Position numbers and translations under genes: made by a program. Below the pieces are notes generated by a model. The model was not told where the DNA came from, ran no database searches, and saw only the letters and a list, made by a program, of their open reading frames with translations. Of a stretch of DNA of 64,000 bases, positions 58,164 to 64,000 are shown piece by piece. Each line of letters opens with the position of its first letter. Positions within the stretch are counted from its first letter, which is position 1. Origin of the DNA: the human T2T-CHM13v2.0 reference genome, Homo sapiens. Location: assembly GCF_009914755.1 (NCBI RefSeq), contig NC_060939.1; one strand, written 5' to 3'.

Positions 58164-58810
58164 CTAGGCTGCCAGCCAGAGAACAAAGGGGTCTTGGAGA
58201 GAGGGCCCAGGCCTGAGCAATCCACATCAGGAGAGGAAATACCAGGAACTGGCCACACACCATAGGCAACTGCAGCCAGCTGAGAAGACCCTTTTGGGTG
58301 GGTGCTGGGGGAGAGGAAGGAGTGGTCCAGACTGAGGTCCCTGGATTCCAAGGTGAGGTTACCTGATTGCCAAGGAAGTCCCTTCTCCAGAAGGCTCCTT
58401 ACAGACTGTCCCTCACTGGAGCTGCAAGAGGCCTCAGAGCCCTGCTCAGCTTCCCTTCTGAGCCCCCGCTGTTTCCTCTGCTCAGAATGCCCTTTCCCCT
58501 TTGTCTGCCTGTTAAATTCTTGTTCATCCTTCAGGGCCCTGCTTAGGCTTAATGTCATATTCTCTGGGAAGTCCAAACTTGCCAGGGTTAGATGCCCTCT
58601 CCTGAGTTCCCCAAATGCTTCCACTTTCCCCCTTCGTGGCAACTACCACATTGTCCCAGACTTTATCTTGGTGCATCTCTCTTCCCTACCGGCCTGTGAG
58701 TTCCCATTCTTGGGCCATGTCCTTTCTCCTCTAAACCCCATGCCTGACACATAGCATTCCCTCCAAACATGGTGAGTGGGTGAGTAAGTGCATCTACTCA
58801 CAGATCTTCA

Positions 58811-59490
<680 letters not shown>

Positions 59491-59949
59491 TCCAGAGATT
59501 CAAAGATCAGCTTTTCCAGCCAAAACAATAAGGGGATCCTGAATGTAAGCACATGTGTGCCTGAGCATGCACCATACACACAAAACACCCTGCAATGTGC
59601 TAGAATCCCACAGTCATGGAATTAACTGACAGTTGTGCAGCTGTGTTCAGCCAATAAGTCACCTTTGCCTACTGGCCAGTGCCAGTCAAGTCTCCTTGGG
59701 CTGAGCAGTAAGGGCCCAAAGTCTGATCCCTGTCCTTAGCTGTCCAGGCAGGCACTGCCAAGCTCCCAGACCATGTACCACAGAATTCCATTTGGCACTC
59801 CACGCTCTGGTCCCCAGTCCTCCCACTCTGCTATCAGTGCTCTACTCTGAAGCCCAGGTATTTCCAAATTCAAATGTCATGGTGATTCACATTACCCTAT
59901 ACCTTCATTCCATGGGTTCTTTCTCTAGGGTTCCTATACTGTGGCAAAC

Positions 59950-63370
<3,421 letters not shown>

Positions 63371-63619
63371 TTCAAGACAGGACCTGGATCTTGAGTGGTC
63401 ACTATCCTCAGAGGTGCACCCAGTTCCTGGCTCACAGAGATGGTCAGCAAAGGTTAGCGAATGGAAGGGTAAAAGAAGAGAAGGAGAGAAGACAGGGAGG
63501 TCAGAGCATTTCAGGTGGTTCTGCCCATCTGTTTGAAGACCCGGGCCAAGAGCCGGGTCTCTGCCCAGCAGGGGGCCTGCTCTGGATCCACAGAAACACC
63601 ACGATGGTGGTGGCTTTCT

Positions 63620-63936
63620 TTGTTTGTTTATTTGTTGGTTTGTTTGTTTCTTTTTGAGACGGAATCTCACTCTGTTGCCCAGGCTGGAGTGCAGTGGTGC
63701 GATCTCCGCTCACTACAACCTGGGACTCCTGGGTTCAAGTGATCCTCCTCACTCAGCTTCCTGAGTAGCTGGGACTACAGGGGCGCACCACCATGTTCGA
63801 CTAATTTTGTATTTTTAGTAGAGATGGGTTTTCACCATGTTGGCCAGGCTGATCTCGAACTCCTGACCTCAGGTGATTCGCCTGCCTCAGCCTCCCTAAG
63901 TGCTGGGATTACAGGTGTGAGCCACCGTGCCCAGCC
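63620..63936 (-). mobile_element. AluS-like element
   Basis: (TTTG)n tail, gagacggaatctcactctgttgcccaggc...; flanking atggtggtgg repeats. Confidence 0.93.
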
Positions 63937-64000
63937 ATGGTGGTGGTGTTTTTGTGGCCCTCTTGACTCTGGGGTTTCCCCAGTAGCCAGGAAGGTGATA

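Overview
Primate (human) genomic DNA: Alu-rich, with spliceosomal introns. 1-8.8 kb holds the last four coding exons and 3' UTR of DNAJA4 (+ strand; type I Hsp40 ending in the CaaX box CQTA). 9.8-26.2 kb holds the complete WDR61/SKIC8 gene (- strand, convergent with DNAJA4). I resolved 11 exons; the 10 coding exons sum to 918 nt (305 aa + stop). Its CpG-island promoter is at about 26.2 kb. WDR61 intron 5 contains a decayed ZCRB1 processed pseudogene split by an Alu. The remaining ~38 kb is intergenic and dense in repeats (Alu, L1, L2, MIR, MER52, MST, MLT1, Tigger/Charlie/MER5). From recalled gene order this is 15q25.1, with CRABP1 just beyond the right edge; CRABP1 is not visible here. Less obvious structures read from the sequence: a second retrocopy of an unidentified mRNA, nested in a hAT element and itself invaded by AluY and MER52; a palindrome with perfect 34-bp arms; a 53-bp inverted and a 65-bp direct local copy; a 42-bp tandem duplication; Alu pairs sharing private variants; a stop-free in-frame 99-nt DNAJA4 intron; and inverted Alus flanking a 243-nt stop-free WDR61 exon pair (candidate endless-ORF circRNA). 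I see no CRISPR array, tRNA, rRNA or new protein-coding gene. Repeat subfamily names come from recalled consensus sequences and repeat boundaries are approximate.
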